Origin: a virus
DNA length: 64,000 nt
Direction: 5' to 3' (one strand)
Virus record (IMG/VR): IMGVR_UViG_3300008107_000029
Coordinates: 1-64,000 of that record
The notes beneath the pieces were generated by a model. It was not told the DNA's origin. It was given only the letters and a program-made list of their open reading frames with translations, and did not search any database. Shown one piece after another: positions 63,434-64,000 of this stretch. Within the stretch, counting starts at the first letter, position 1, and each line of letters opens with the position of its first letter. The translations under genes and the position numbers were made by a program.

Positions 63434-64000
63434 TCAGACAATGCGTAATGATCCTAGATAATCTTCAATGTCATTTGGCATTGGATATCTAGGTGTATGG
63501 GTAACTCCTTCTTTTTTCATTCTCTTCTCTTCTTCAAGACGATTATCTCTTTTATTATCTGCGTAAGTGTGGACTTCAATATCACCGAACTCTGTTCTGG
63601 TGCTTCTTGTAAGTGCATTGTAGATTGCCCCACAGGTGGCGTCTGCAAGGTCTTTAGAGCCTTTTCTTGGGTGATCCACCTTATCCTTAATGATTCGCAA
63701 TCTTAATAATTCATTAATTAACAATTCAATTCTTGGTCCCTTAACACGCTCTTCAGATATAACCATAGACATATCTTCATAGTGCTTCTTTGCCACAGAC
63801 AAATTCTCAGTATAAATACCGACTGCTTTAAGGTCCGTCATCATTTCAAATGAGTTCCAACGGTCAAACGTAACCATTCTTAATGGGAATCCCATTCTTC
63901 TAATGTTAATGATAAACTCTTTTACCTCAGTAAAACTGACTGCCTCGTTTGGCTTAGGTGTCCAGTATTTAACAAAGTCGACTTTAACAACTGGGACTTT
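63434..64000 (-). CDS. terL: Terminase large subunit, C-terminal nuclease domain (5' end outside the window)
   Basis: VTFDRWNS, LINELLRL, KVDHP..GSKDLADA. Confidence 0.85.
   Translation of the reverse strand, partial: KVPVVKVDFVKYWTPKPNEAVSFTEVKEFIINIRRMGFPLRMVTFDRWNSFEMMTDLKAVGIYTENLSVAKKHYEDMSMVISEERVKGPRIELLINELLRLRIIKDKVDHPRKGSKDLADATCGAIYNALTRSTRTEFGDIEVHTYADNKRDNRLEEEKRMKKEGVTHTPRYPMPNDIEDYLGSLRIV

Noticed and set aside
1-64000. Prophage integration or host chromosome sequence
   Set aside because: No integrase, att-like junction or block of host housekeeping genes; the tRNAs are embedded among phage genes

Overview
This window is a 64-kb segment of a large, AT-rich tailed dsDNA phage. 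The host is most likely an actinobacterium: the phage encodes WhiB, many genes have leaderless-type promoters, and CRP/GlxR-type and WhiA-type boxes are present. The minus strand carries the head module (capsid, protease with nested scaffold, portal; 1-6.3 kb), a class II RNR, glycosyltransferases, a large tail-fibre/adhesin cluster (39-54.5 kb), lysis and surface genes, and the 3' end of the large terminase. Two FkbM methyltransferases lie on the plus strand at 13.8-15.3 kb. Between about 16.1 and 27.5 kb is a mostly plus-strand module of tiny ORFs built from repeated promoter cassettes. The strongest unexplained signals are: (1) an operon joining prolyl-4-hydroxylase-like 2OG-Fe(II) oxygenases and GT60-type (Skp1 hydroxyproline GlcNAc transferase-like) glycosyltransferases directly behind a Gly-X-Pro-rich fibre gene, suggesting a hydroxyproline-glycosylation pathway for virion proteins; (2) six dispersed copies of a ~28-nt H-type RNA pseudoknot whose first stem fully covaries; (3) 11 CRP-type boxes, mostly helically phased, and 11 TGTC-N9-TGnTAnAnT promoters in the small-ORF module; (4) an array of 7 DnaA boxes at 21-bp periodicity at the module's right edge; (5) a ~110-nt structured RNA upstream of the CHAP lysin. 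All family calls come from motif recognition by eye. No database searches were run.
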